From: a bacterium
Lineage (GTDB): Bacteria; Moduliflexota; Moduliflexia; Moduliflexales; JAUQPW01
NCBI GenBank assembly: GCA_030550175.1
Contig: JAUQPW010000001.1
Coordinates: 10,898 to 74,897, forward strand
DNA length: 64,000 bases
Direction: 5' to 3'
Shown here: in pieces, positions 9,107 to 19,194 of the stretch
Numbering within the stretch: position 1 is the first letter of the stretch
Layout of the letters: every line of letters begins with the position of its first letter
Notes under the pieces: model-generated
What the model was told of the DNA's origin: nothing
What the model saw: the letters and a program-made list of their open reading frames with translations, nothing else
Databases searched by the model: none
Program-made: the position numbers and the translations under genes

Positions 9107-10750
9107 TTATTTAACAAAATTTAATCCGTGGGGAACCAGTTGTGGAAAAACGTAAGCATACATCATAACGATAAGTCCTACAATAGCCCCTAAAACAACA
9201 CTATGCCATAGGACGAATCGAAAGATTTTACCCTCATTTCCGACCTGATTGGTCGCGGCGGTGGATACTACAATACTTTGAGCATCGATCATCTTGCCCA
9301 TAACACCCCCGGCGCTGTTAGAAGCGGCCATCAGGATGGGATCCATGCCGAGTCGCTCGGCGGTAATCCTTTGAAGACTCCCAAAGAGCGCATTGGAGGC
9401 CGTATCACTTCCGGTCAGAGCTACACCTAACCATCCCAGCATGGCACTGAAGAAGGGAAATAGCCAGCCGGTCCGGGTAAAAGCGAGACCCAGTACAGCA
9501 TCCAGTCCGGAGTATCGTGTCACAAATCCCAGTCCTAACATAGAGGAAATGGCAATCAAGGGCATTTTCATACGCCTCGCCGTCTTTTTAAAGATCCTCC
9601 CCAGTTGAGCCGGAGAACAGCCTGACACAAATCCGGATATAATAGCCGCGATAAAGCATCCGGTTCCGGTGGCAGATAGCCAGTTGAAATCATAGATTGC
9701 CTTTTCTTTAGTTAACTTAGGGACTACCGGTGTGGTTCTGGCTACCGCCTCGTTAAGCCCTGGCCAGGGAAAGGTGTAGGTCACTTTATTGAGTTGTGCC
9801 TTGATAGAGGGAAGCCCCCAAATCAACACCATAATAGATAAAATGAAAAAGGGGAGCCAGGCCACCAGAACTTCTCCGGTAGTATATTTATGCGGAGATA
9901 CTTCCATATGCCTTTCATGTTCGAAACGCCAGAGGGTTCTCGGCTGCCAAAACCGGAGAAAAATAATCATGGCAACCAGAGAAACAATAGCTCCTATAAT
10001 ATCTACCAGGTTGCTGTCTACATAATTAGACCAGTAGAACTGGGTCGCTGCAAAGGAGACGCTGGTTACAAAAATAGCAGGGAAAACTTCAAAGGTCTCT
10101 TGCCAGGATACCATGGTCTTTACAAGCCAGAAAGGGACGATGAGTCCGGTGATGGGAAGAATTCGACCGATCATAGCGTTCAGGTCGGACTCTGGAAGTC
10201 CGGAGACGGCCGCCAAGGTATGAACTGGAGTTCCAATGGCTCCCCAGGCTACTGGAGCAGTATTGGCGATGAGGCAGAGGGCCGCTGCATAAAAAGGTTC
10301 AAAACCAAGACCTACCATAAAGGCTGCCGAAATAGCTACCGGAGCTCCAAATCCGGCAGCCCCTTCAATAAAAGCTCCAAAGGAATAAGCTACCAAGAGA
10401 GCCTGTAGCCTTCGATCTGCAGAAATACCTCCTACAGATTCCTTCATAATTTCAAACTTACCTGTTTCTACCGAAATATCGTAAAGATAAACCGCTGCAA
10501 AGACAATCCAGGCAATTTTGACTAAACCGAAAGCAGCACCGTAAAAAAACGTAGAGATGGATAAATGCCAGGGCATCCCAAAGGCTACGCTAGCCGCTAA
10601 AATGGCTGTGATGGCGCCACCAAAAGCAGCCAGAGCGGCTGAAGTCCTTATTACAGCCAGTAAAAAAAATAAAACAACGACCGGTAAAGCCGCGACAATG
10701 GTGGATAAAATCCAATTATTAAAAGGATCGTAATTTTGTATCCAGGGCAT
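9107..10750 (-). CDS. lldP: L-lactate permease (LctP family)
   Basis: 547 aa with about 12-14 TM segments. The N-terminus MPWIQNYDPF.NW.LS..VAALP and overall hydrophobic pattern are characteristic of LctP/LldP. Confidence 0.8.
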   Translation of the reverse strand: MPWIQNYDPFNNWILSTIVAALPVVVLFFLLAVIRTSAALAAFGGAITAILAASVAFGMPWHLSISTFFYGAAFGLVKIAWIVFAAVYLYDISVETGKFEIMKESVGGISADRRLQALLVAYSFGAFIEGAAGFGAPVAISAAFMVGLGFEPFYAAALCLIANTAPVAWGAIGTPVHTLAAVSGLPESDLNAMIGRILPITGLIVPFWLVKTMVSWQETFEVFPAIFVTSVSFAATQFYWSNYVDSNLVDIIGAIVSLVAMIIFLRFWQPRTLWRFEHERHMEVSPHKYTTGEVLVAWLPFFILSIMVLIWGLPSIKAQLNKVTYTFPWPGLNEAVARTTPVVPKLTKEKAIYDFNWLSATGTGCFIAAIISGFVSGCSPAQLGRIFKKTARRMKMPLIAISSMLGLGFVTRYSGLDAVLGLAFTRTGWLFPFFSAMLGWLGVALTGSDTASNALFGSLQRITAERLGMDPILMAASNSAGGVMGKMIDAQSIVVSTAATNQVGNEGKIFRFVLWHSVVLGAIVGLIVMMYAYVFPQLVPHGLNFVK

Positions 10751-10952
10751 AGCAGGACCTCTTCGTGATCAATCCCAGGTTCCATAAGTTCATATCGGTT
10801 TCTTCTGAGCAAGGGCCAGGACTCTGCCTGCTACAGAAAGACTGTAGAACGCTATGCTACTGATTCTCAGATATGAACTTTTGAAACGGGTTGACGGTTA
10901 ATTGAACTATTAAGAGACAAAGTGAAGGAAGATAAAGACCTTATTTTAAGTT

Positions 10953-11387
10953 TTAAGAAATGTTTTCAGGAGAAGGAATTTTACGGATAATGCTACAAGT
11001 ATTAGAACTTAAAGAGGAAATAACCAATCGGGGAGGTAGAAAAGGAGGGATGTTTAAGCTGATAGATAAAATAATCGTTGGAACAGACAACCCAACCAGG
11101 TTTGTGAAAGCCATGAGTTTCTTTTGTAAGGAAGGTTGGCAGATGGGATTTCTTTTCTCTTTCCATAATGACAGGAGTAATTCATGATCTTCTATGGAAG
11201 ACATGTAGTAAAATAAGCTTTGGGGGAAAAAGAGAATATTCTTTTCAAAGGATAATTTGAAATAAAAATCAGTAAAAGGGTCTGACGGGTCTTCTATTCT
11301 TTCTATAAAGATAGTGAAAAAGTTTCCCAGGGCAAGCAAGGATACGATTAATGGGATGATAAGAAAGTTGGCTCTTCTATCCCTCAT
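10953..11387 (-). CDS. Doubtful ORF in an AT-rich spacer (hypothetical)
   Basis: 144 aa, low-complexity, I/L/S/F-rich, no motif, in a 1.1-kb AT-rich intergenic region. Confidence 0.15.
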   Translation of the reverse strand: MRDRRANFLIIPLIVSLLALGNFFTIFIERIEDPSDPFTDFYFKLSFEKNILFFPQSLFYYMSSIEDHELLLSLWKEKRNPICQPSLQKKLMAFTNLVGLSVPTIILSISLNIPPFLPPRLVISSLSSNTCSIIRKIPSPENIS

Positions 11388-11870
11388 TTTAAATAATCAG
11401 GAATCGATTTTCCCCTCTTACATAAAAAAACTGACCTCTACAGGTCTATCAACGAATATAAAGTAAAGTCTCCCCCTCCATGCAAGCAAGGGAGACAAAG
11501 AAATTTGTTGACAAAAATTCTATCAGCCAACTAAAGTCAGTTTATACTTCCAAGATCACCATTACAATAACCGAATAAAGTAAATACTATACTTTTGCCG
11601 TTTTTAACTCTTAATCCCTGAAGGACTAAGAAGAACTATGAAAAGCATGAGAGTATAGGAGTTTGGGAGTATGGGAGGGTTTAAATCTATACGCCCTTAT
11701 CTTCCTGATTCCATACTCTTCGTGGACAAACCAAATCCACAGTTTAGAAAAAATGCGAAGGTATAGGAACTATACCGATAACTAAAAAAGAAGTCCTTAA
11801 AAGTAACGGGAACTTATAGAGCCAAAAAGGCTGGAGTTCTCGGTTTATTTGATAGGGCAAAACTTCTATT

Positions 11871-13349
11871 ATGGCTAAAGAAGATAAGGGAATTACTGAA
11901 CAAATCAGACCGGTTAAAGCCGGAGAATTGCCATCTTATGAAGTAGCCGAATTACCCACGCCTCCTCCCTTTGGTTTGAAGGGTATTCTAGAGGTTATAG
12001 GACCGGGGGCTATTATTTTAGGAGCTTCCATTGGAAGTGGAGAGTGGCTGGTAGGTCCTGCTGCTACCGTAAAATACGGGGTAGAACTTATCTGGATCAC
12101 AACGGTCGCTGCTATCTTACAAGGGCTTTTCAATATGGAAGCTATACGGTATACTTTGTACACCGGGGAACCTATTTACAGTGGTTTCATGCGACTAAAA
12201 CCGGGTAAATTTTGGGGAGTTTTTTACACTATCTTAGGCTTTTTCCAAATTGGGTGGCCGGGATGGGCTTTGTCTGCGGCAACAGCACTGGCAGCCATTG
12301 CATTGGGTAGAGCGCCAGGGAAAGAAGATAGTGGAACGGTTCTATTTTGGGGCTACATAACCTTTTTTATTGTTATTATTACCTTAGCCGTAGGAGGAAA
12401 AATAGAAAAGACCCTTGAAAAAGTCTCCTGGTTTTTTCTGTTCATGATTTTTGCCTTTTTGCTTGCGGTCAATGTCCTCGTTGCAGCACCACGTGCCCAG
12501 TTGGGAGAGACCTTTTTATCCCTATTCAAATTCGGGACGATTCCACCTGGTGCAGATTGGGCTTTATTGGGGGCTTTCGCGGCTTACTCTGCGGCAGGAG
12601 GTGTTATAAACTGTGCTATCACCAACTGGTTTCGGGATAAGGGTTTTGGAATGGGGGGTGTTGTCGGTTTTATCCCGGGGGCCGTAGGGGGAAGAAGGAT
12701 TAATCTTTCTCCCTTTGGTAAAATCTTTAGAATCACCCCTGAAAATCTCCGCAAATGGAACGATTGGTGGAAATATGCCACTACCGATCAAGGGGTTGTC
12801 TTCGTCGGAGGTTCCTTAATGGGAATGTTTTTAACCATCAATATGGCTACTGCTTTAATTCCTAAAGGTACTGAAATAGGAGGCTGGTCGGTCGCCAACT
12901 TCCAGGCCGTAGAACTGGCAAAGATCGGTGGAAAAATCCTTTGGATTCTAACGGCTTTGAACGGGTTCTGGATTCTCTTCAGTACTCAACTATCGGTTTC
13001 CGATGGCTATATCCGCCAATCCACAGATGCGCTTTGGGTAAGTGATCGCGTTAGAAAATGGTGCCGGGAAGATGTTCGGATTTTGTACTATGCCCTCCTC
13101 GCTATTTTCACCCTTTGGGGATGTATTGCCATCAATTTAGCCCAACCTTTCATTTTAATTTTGATCGGAGCGAACACGGCCGGACTTGTATTTGTTATTG
13201 CTTCGATCCATATCATTCTCGTTAATAGAAAGCTCTTACCTAAAGAGCTTAGACCCCCCCTGTGGCGGGAAATAGGGGTTTTACTCTGTGCTCTTTTTTA
13301 TGGCTTTTTCGTAGCGATGTTGGCAGGTAGACAGGTCGGATTATGGTAA
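11871..13349 (+). CDS. NRAMP-related family membrane transporter (divergent; GPG in place of DPGN)
   Basis: 492 aa with about 11 TMs. The N-terminal region LEVIGPGAIILGASIGSGEWLVGPAA...LIWITTVAAILQ parallels the NRAMP/MntH motif-1 region (DPGN...G...G..LLW). Confidence 0.45.
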   Translation: MAKEDKGITEQIRPVKAGELPSYEVAELPTPPPFGLKGILEVIGPGAIILGASIGSGEWLVGPAATVKYGVELIWITTVAAILQGLFNMEAIRYTLYTGEPIYSGFMRLKPGKFWGVFYTILGFFQIGWPGWALSAATALAAIALGRAPGKEDSGTVLFWGYITFFIVIITLAVGGKIEKTLEKVSWFFLFMIFAFLLAVNVLVAAPRAQLGETFLSLFKFGTIPPGADWALLGAFAAYSAAGGVINCAITNWFRDKGFGMGGVVGFIPGAVGGRRINLSPFGKIFRITPENLRKWNDWWKYATTDQGVVFVGGSLMGMFLTINMATALIPKGTEIGGWSVANFQAVELAKIGGKILWILTALNGFWILFSTQLSVSDGYIRQSTDALWVSDRVRKWCREDVRILYYALLAIFTLWGCIAINLAQPFILILIGANTAGLVFVIASIHIILVNRKLLPKELRPPLWREIGVLLCALFYGFFVAMLAGRQVGLW

Positions 13350-13431
13350 ATGAAGGGAGTAAAAGGTAACAGGCATAGGCAGCAGAGAGCAAATGATGGG
13401 CCACTGCTTTTTGTCTTTTGCCTTCTGATCC

Positions 13432-15300
13432 ATGGAATCCCCGATTTTTATACGAACCTCCCATGAAGATTTAGTTCCCTGGGACCGGGAACAGATCGCC
13501 TACGTACTCATTCGAGAAACTTATACAGACCCGGATACTGCCGCAAGAATCAGTAAAGAGATCGAAGAGTTAATCATCCGATCTAAAATAAAAGTTTTAA
13601 CCAGCGCACTGGTTCGGGAATTGGTGGATGCCAAACTGGTCGAGCTGGGTTTGGAGAGGGCCCATAAAATGCATACCCGTTTGGGAGTCCCTCTCTATGA
13701 TGTCGATCGAATGATTCTACACCAGTATTATGGGGAAAACGATCATCCACCCCTTGGACCTGAAGCAACGAACCTAGCTCTGGCCCAGAGCATCAAGCGT
13801 AATTATGCCCTCCTAAATGTCTTTACACAACAAGTGACCGATGCCCATTTAAGCGGCGAGATCCATCTACAGGGTTTAGGGTTCATTGATCGACTTTATG
13901 CTTCGGGCCAATCGGTAGAGTATGTAAAAAAATTCGGTCTTAAACTTCCCGGAGAGACCATCTCGGCACGACCTGCCAAACATGCAACAGCCTTACTTTC
14001 TCAGTTGGTTGGTTTTACAGAAGCCCTACGTGGACACTTTTCGAGCTCGGTGGAATGGGATGCAGTCAATGTCTTGTTTGCTCCTTACCTCACCGGACTT
14101 TCAGACCATGAAGTTAAACAACTCGCCCAGGCCCTCGCCTTCGAGTTATCTCGACAATCCATTATCCATGGAGGCCTTACGGTCTCCACGGATCTGAATC
14201 TGTACTGGGATATCCCTGTTCACCTGAAAGATACTCCAGCCATAGGACCAGGTGGAGAATACACAGGTAAAATGTATCTGGATTACCTGGACCAATCCCA
14301 AAGATTTCTTCGGGCCATTCTGGAAGTACTTATAGAAGGCGAGGGCCTGGGTAGAACCTTTCCACTGCCAATCCCCATTCTCCACCTTACCGAAGAACTT
14401 TTTCATACTCCTCAGTCTAGGGAATTCTTAGAGCTTGCCGGTATCCTGGCCATTCAAAGGGGTAAAGTTCGTTTTGTATTTGACCGCAAGAAATCCCGAA
14501 GAATCTATGCAGGCTATAAAGAGCAAGAAGTGAAGGGATATCCGCATCCCTGGAAAAGTAGGTACTTTGCCATCCAAAATGTGACCCTTAACCTACCACG
14601 AACTGCCTACCGGGCCCGAGGAAGTGATCTCCACCTTTTTACAGGACTTACAGAAGCCATGGAAGTGGTGGCAGCCGCCCATATGCAGAAACGGGTCTTT
14701 ATTGAAAAGCTCCTGGCAGCCGGAGAAAAGGGTTCGTTGGGAATTCTCATGATGAAACAGGATGGGCAAAGCTATCTGCGACTGGGAGAAGCCCTCTCCC
14801 TGATTAGTGTTGCAGGACTAAATGAAATGGTTCAGATTCACAAGGGGGCCGAACTCCATGAATCCAAAGAAACCCTGGAATTGGGATTAAAGATCATGTC
14901 CCACCTCAAGATGATCACCGAAAAACTCTCCAAACAGCATCATATGCCCTTTGTGGTTACCGGATTATCCCAAGAACCGGTTGCTCAACGTTTTGCCAGG
15001 CTCGACCTCCGACATGCTTCTCCAGAATCCGGACATTTTGTGAAAGGGGATATTGCCCGGGGAGAAGTTTATTACACGAACTCAACCCTTCTGAATCCGG
15101 TAGCTCCCATTTCTCAGTTTGAGAAAATTCGGATAGAAGGCCTCTTTCACAGCCTCACTCCCGCCGAAGCCTGCTCCTTCCTTAAATTAGAGCCGGAAAT
15201 GGAAATTAAAGAAAACTTCCTGAAATTTTTATGGGAGGTTTTTGAAAAAACAGAAAATGAACAGATCGTCCTCCGGGCTTCAACATCTTCCCTTTCCTGA
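13432..15300 (+). CDS. NrdD-like protein: ATP-cone plus class III RNR core homolog lacking the glycyl-radical domain and catalytic cysteines
   Basis: N-terminal ATP-cone (FIRTSHEDLVPWDREQIAYVL...ALVRELVDAKLVELG). AHLSGEIHLQGLGF aligns to E. coli NrdD HERGDIHYHDLDY. NVTLNLPRTAYRA aligns to ISLNLPRIALEA. GEVYYTNSTLL aligns to KGYYTNSFHL. The protein ends ~60 aa later, with no Zn-ribbon and no RVCGY glycine-radical motif. Only one Cys in 622 aa. Confidence 0.6.
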   Translation: MESPIFIRTSHEDLVPWDREQIAYVLIRETYTDPDTAARISKEIEELIIRSKIKVLTSALVRELVDAKLVELGLERAHKMHTRLGVPLYDVDRMILHQYYGENDHPPLGPEATNLALAQSIKRNYALLNVFTQQVTDAHLSGEIHLQGLGFIDRLYASGQSVEYVKKFGLKLPGETISARPAKHATALLSQLVGFTEALRGHFSSSVEWDAVNVLFAPYLTGLSDHEVKQLAQALAFELSRQSIIHGGLTVSTDLNLYWDIPVHLKDTPAIGPGGEYTGKMYLDYLDQSQRFLRAILEVLIEGEGLGRTFPLPIPILHLTEELFHTPQSREFLELAGILAIQRGKVRFVFDRKKSRRIYAGYKEQEVKGYPHPWKSRYFAIQNVTLNLPRTAYRARGSDLHLFTGLTEAMEVVAAAHMQKRVFIEKLLAAGEKGSLGILMMKQDGQSYLRLGEALSLISVAGLNEMVQIHKGAELHESKETLELGLKIMSHLKMITEKLSKQHHMPFVVTGLSQEPVAQRFARLDLRHASPESGHFVKGDIARGEVYYTNSTLLNPVAPISQFEKIRIEGLFHSLTPAEACSFLKLEPEMEIKENFLKFLWEVFEKTENEQIVLRASTSSLS

Positions 15301-15469
15301 GAAGAAGAACTGAAAGCCTTATCCGGCCCAATTAAAAAATCGCCCATTTCCTCCTCGGCCCTCTTCAGCTTCTCGTGAGAGTTTAATGTGCTTATACCAA
15401 TTCTTTATGAACATAAAGAATTAACAGAATGCAAAAAACAATACCACTTCTGATCGAATAGGTTGCATC

Positions 15470-15610
15470 CTGTCAATCCCCTCTCAAGGGGCTGCATCCT
15501 GGATAGAGGCGATCCTGTGGGGTCCTCAAGCCTCAAGCAGGCAGCCCCTTCCCTCCCCGCACGCGGGGAGGGCCAGGGTGGGGGCAGTCTTTATCCTTAT
15601 ATACCTCATT
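15470..15610. repeat. GC-rich hairpin repeat (family B: ccctccccgcaYgcggggagg) with flanking 10-bp inverted repeat
   Basis: 15551-15572 ccctccccgcacgcggggaggg, compare 35701-35721 ccctccccgcatgcggggagg. Inverted repeat aaggggctgc (15493-15502) / gcagcccctt (15542-15551). Confidence 0.55.
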
Positions 15611-15749
15611 TCCATCATGGGGCCTGGGGTCTTACCCCTTGACTCTCAGGTAAGGTCGTTATCCCGACTTCTCTAAAAAGAAAAGTTTTTTCCTTTTTAA
15701 CTTGACAAACTCCTTCTTATTAGAATATGTTGATATACCAACATTTAAG

Positions 15750-15767
15750 TATACTATATATAGTATA
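15750..15767. promoter_or_regulatory. Candidate NrdR box (perfect 18-bp palindrome tatactatatatagtata) upstream of nrdR-nrdJ, next to a second 16-bp near-palindrome (15728-15743) and a TTGACA -35 hexamer (15702-15707)
   Basis: Central 16-mer atactatatatagtat matches the NrdR-box consensus acaCwAtATaTwGtgt at 14 of 16 positions. It lies 23 nt upstream of the nrdR start. Confidence 0.45.
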
Positions 15768-15790
15768 TTTTCTCTTTTTTTTTATCCGAT

Positions 15791-16321
15791 ATGAGATGTC
15801 CTATTTGTGAAAAAGATGAAGATAAGGTCATCGACTCACGTTCGGCCAGGGGGGGCAGTGTCATTCGGCGACGGAGGGAGTGCCTGAGTTGTGGTCATCG
15901 TTTTACCACCTATGAGACCATTGAACAGGCCCCTGTTTATGTGATCAAAAAAGACGGACGCCGGGAGCCTTTTAATAGGGACAAACTGTTAAATGGAATT
16001 TTGATGGCCTGTAAGAAGCGTCCGATTCCCATGGAAACTTTAGAAACCATTGTCCAGGAGATTGAGACCAAAATTCATAATAACTTTCCTATTGAAGTAC
16101 CCAGTCGCGTTATTGGAGAAATGGTCATGGACAAGCTACAAGAGCTGGATGAAGTCGCCTATGTCCGATTTGCTTCTGTCTACCGACAGTTCAAGAATGT
16201 CCAGGAATTCATGGAAGAATCAGAGGCGGTACAAAAACGGCGAATACAAAAGGAAATAGATAAGTCCCAATTATGGATATTTACTCAGAAGCCAGAAATC
16301 GGAAGTCAGAAGTCCTTTTGA
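15791..16321 (+). CDS. nrdR: Transcriptional repressor NrdR
   Basis: N-terminal Zn-ribbon ([15 protein letters not shown]...[12 protein letters not shown]) followed by an ATP-cone ([24 protein letters not shown]). It carries a ~20-aa C-terminal extension relative to typical ~150-aa NrdR. Confidence 0.9.
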   Translation: MRCPICEKDEDKVIDSRSARGGSVIRRRRECLSCGHRFTTYETIEQAPVYVIKKDGRREPFNRDKLLNGILMACKKRPIPMETLETIVQEIETKIHNNFPIEVPSRVIGEMVMDKLQELDEVAYVRFASVYRQFKNVQEFMEESEAVQKRRIQKEIDKSQLWIFTQKPEIGSQKSF

Positions 16322-16363
16322 ATTCTGACGCCTGAGGTCTGGCACTTGTGAGAAGGGGGTATC

Positions 16364-19141
16364 ATGGAGCCATTCAACAACGGTCTTAAAGGAAACCTAG
16401 AGATTCTGAATCGTTCTATCACCGGGTCTGTTGGGAAGGGTTTAAAAATCGAACGATTTTTTACCAAACCTGGCATTCACCCCTTTGATGAACTGGAATG
16501 GGAACTTCGGACGGCTCTCATTACCAATGAAAGGGGAGAAAAAATCTTTGAACAAAAAGATGTTGAAGTTCCCAAAACCTGGTCTCAGACGGCTACCAAC
16601 GTTGTGGTCCAGAAGTATTTCCATGGTACCCTGGGGACCCCCCAGCGGGAACGAAGTGTGAAGACTTTGATCAACCGGGTAGCTCGTACCATTACCGGCT
16701 GGGGAATCCGGGATGGATATTTCGCCTCCGACGAAGATGCAGAGGCCTTTTACCAGGAACTCTGTCATATTCTGGTCAATCAGAAAGCGGCCTTTAACAG
16801 CCCGGTATGGTTTAATGTGGGGATTGAACCCAAACCCCAGTGCTCGGCATGTTTTATAAATTCGGTGGAAGATACCATGGAATCCATTCTGGATCTGGCC
16901 AAGACCGAAGGGATGCTTTTCAAGTACGGTTCAGGAACCGGTACGAATTTCTCGACCCTCCGTTCTTCAAAGGAAAGGCTTTCGGGGGGTGGGATACCCA
17001 GTGGGCCTGTCTCCTTTATGCGCGGATACGATGCCTTCGCGGGGGTCATCAAAAGTGGAGGAAAAACCCGAAGGGCGGCCAAAATGGTGATCCTTAACAT
17101 CGACCACCCAGATATCGTAGGATTTATTAACTGTAAGGCCAACGAAGAAAAAAAGGCCTGGGCGCTTATCGAAGCGGGATACAGTGGAGATTTCAATGTT
17201 CCGGGAGGGGCGTACGATAGCGTTGCTTTCCAGAATGCCAATCACAGTGTTCGGGTTACCGATGAGTTCATGTGGGCGGTTTTAGAAGATAAAGAATGGA
17301 AGACCCGAGCAGTAACTACAGGCCAGATCATGGATACTTATAAGGCTCGGGATCTTATGCGGATGATTGTAGAATCGGCATATATTTGCGGGGATCCGGG
17401 TTTACAATTTGATACGACCATCAATGACTGGCATACCTGCCCGAACACAGGTCGGATTAATGCCAGTAACCCCTGCTCAGAGTATATGCACCTAGATGAT
17501 AGCGCCTGCAATCTCTCTTCCCTGAATCTCATGAAGTTCCGAAAGGACAATGGAGAATTCGATATCGAAGCTTTTCGCCATGCCGTAGATATCATGATCC
17601 TGGCCCAGGACATCATTGTAGATAATGCCAGTTATCCTACTCCGAAAATTGATAAAAACGCCAAAGCTTACCGGCAGTTAGGATTAGGGTATGCGAATTT
17701 GGGAGCGCTACTGATGGCCCGCGGACTGCCCTACGATAGCGATGAGGGAAGGGCTTATGCTGCGACTATTACAGCGCTTATGTGTGGGGAAGCCTATCGG
17801 ATGTCGTCGATCCTTGCAAGTCGAATAGGTCCCTTTGAAGGGTATGCCAAAAATCGGGAACCCATGCTTCGAGTTATCCAAAAACACCGGGAACATGTAG
17901 ACAAAATCAACCGATCTTTGGTACCCCATGAGTTATGGACGGCCGCAAAGGAGGTCTGGGATGAGGCTTATCTCCTGGGAAGTGAGTATGGGTATAGAAA
18001 TTCCCAGGTTACCGTACTGGCCCCTACGGGAACTATTGCGTTCCTTATGGATTGTGACACTACCGGTATAGAACCGGATATCAGCCTGGTTAAGTATAAA
18101 AGGTTGGTAGGTGGAGGACTCCTTAAAATCGTCAATCGAACGGTTCCAGAAGCTTTGAAAAAACTCGGCTACTCTGCAAACCAGATCCAGGCTATTTTAC
18201 AATACATTGACCAGAACGATACCATTGAAGGAGCTCCAGAGCTAAAACCGGAACATCTACCGGTTTTCGATTGTGCTTTCAAACCCTTAAAAGGAACCCG
18301 ATCCATCCACTATAATGGGCATATTAAAATGATGGCTGCCGTTCAGCCTTTCATCAGTGGGGCTATCAGCAAAACGGTTAATATGCCCCATGAAGCAACT
18401 CCCGAAGACATCTGGCAGGTATACATGGATGCCTGGAAGTTAGGATTAAAAGCTATTGCTATTTATCGTGACGGATGTAAGCGGACACAGCCTTTAAGTA
18501 CTTCCAAGGAAAGTCCTGGGGTTAAAACCCTGGGTCCTGAGCCAAAATTAAGCTCACACTCAGTCGATTTCAAGCCGGTCCGTAGACGACTCCCGGATGA
18601 AAGGAAGGCGATCACCCATAAGTTCAGTGTTGCAGGTCATGAGGGGTATATTACGGTGGGTATGTATGAAGACGGGAAACCCGGTGAAATCTTTATTGTT
18701 ATGTCCAAGGAAGGATCTACCATCTCAGGACTCATGGATGCCTTTGCTACCGCTATCTCCATAGCTCTCCAGTATGGGGTCCCCTTAGAAGTTTTGGTGA
18801 ACAAATTCAGTCATATGCGGTTCGAACCTTCTGGATATACGGGGAATAAGCAGATTCCCTTCGCTAAATCCATCATGGATTACATTTTCCGATGGCTGGC
18901 GTTAAAGTTCTTACCGGAAAAGGCAGAAACCCACGTGCTAGAACCTTCTATTCCTAAATCCCTGAGTAACGGCACCCCCGGTTCTGAGGCTCCAGATGAA
19001 GAACGTCTGGGTATATTGGAAAAACAAATCTTCCAAACTCAGGCCGATGCACCCCTTTGCAGTGATTGTGGTTGCTTGATGGTGAGAAATGGTTCTTGCT
19101 ACAAATGCCTGAATTGTGGAGCTACCAGCGGCTGTTCATAA
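16364..19141 (+). CDS. nrdJ: Class II ribonucleotide reductase, adenosylcobalamin-dependent (NrdJ)
   Basis: 925 aa. Active-site loop SNPCSEYMHLDDSACNLSSLNL (thiyl-radical Cys). The C-terminal tail has a CxxC...CxxC cluster (CSDCGCLMVRNGSCYKCLNCG), as in monomeric NrdJ. Sits 43 nt downstream of nrdR. Confidence 0.9.
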   Translation: MEPFNNGLKGNLEILNRSITGSVGKGLKIERFFTKPGIHPFDELEWELRTALITNERGEKIFEQKDVEVPKTWSQTATNVVVQKYFHGTLGTPQRERSVKTLINRVARTITGWGIRDGYFASDEDAEAFYQELCHILVNQKAAFNSPVWFNVGIEPKPQCSACFINSVEDTMESILDLAKTEGMLFKYGSGTGTNFSTLRSSKERLSGGGIPSGPVSFMRGYDAFAGVIKSGGKTRRAAKMVILNIDHPDIVGFINCKANEEKKAWALIEAGYSGDFNVPGGAYDSVAFQNANHSVRVTDEFMWAVLEDKEWKTRAVTTGQIMDTYKARDLMRMIVESAYICGDPGLQFDTTINDWHTCPNTGRINASNPCSEYMHLDDSACNLSSLNLMKFRKDNGEFDIEAFRHAVDIMILAQDIIVDNASYPTPKIDKNAKAYRQLGLGYANLGALLMARGLPYDSDEGRAYAATITALMCGEAYRMSSILASRIGPFEGYAKNREPMLRVIQKHREHVDKINRSLVPHELWTAAKEVWDEAYLLGSEYGYRNSQVTVLAPTGTIAFLMDCDTTGIEPDISLVKYKRLVGGGLLKIVNRTVPEALKKLGYSANQIQAILQYIDQNDTIEGAPELKPEHLPVFDCAFKPLKGTRSIHYNGHIKMMAAVQPFISGAISKTVNMPHEATPEDIWQVYMDAWKLGLKAIAIYRDGCKRTQPLSTSKESPGVKTLGPEPKLSSHSVDFKPVRRRLPDERKAITHKFSVAGHEGYITVGMYEDGKPGEIFIVMSKEGSTISGLMDAFATAISIALQYGVPLEVLVNKFSHMRFEPSGYTGNKQIPFAKSIMDYIFRWLALKFLPEKAETHVLEPSIPKSLSNGTPGSEAPDEERLGILEKQIFQTQADAPLCSDCGCLMVRNGSCYKCLNCGATSGCS

Positions 19142-19194
19142 CTATTGACCTTATTTATCCAGGAAGGACTATCTCTGAGACACAGGAACTTGGG

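Noticed and set aside
10953-11387. 144-aa ORF in an AT-rich spacer
   Set aside because: Kept only at very low confidence. It is low-complexity, lacks a start context, and the region is more plausibly a long divergent-promoter spacer.
16442-17929. Several 73-153-aa minus-strand ORFs
   Set aside because: All lie inside the nrdJ coding region, whose identity is unambiguous (NPCSE active site). They are antisense shadows.
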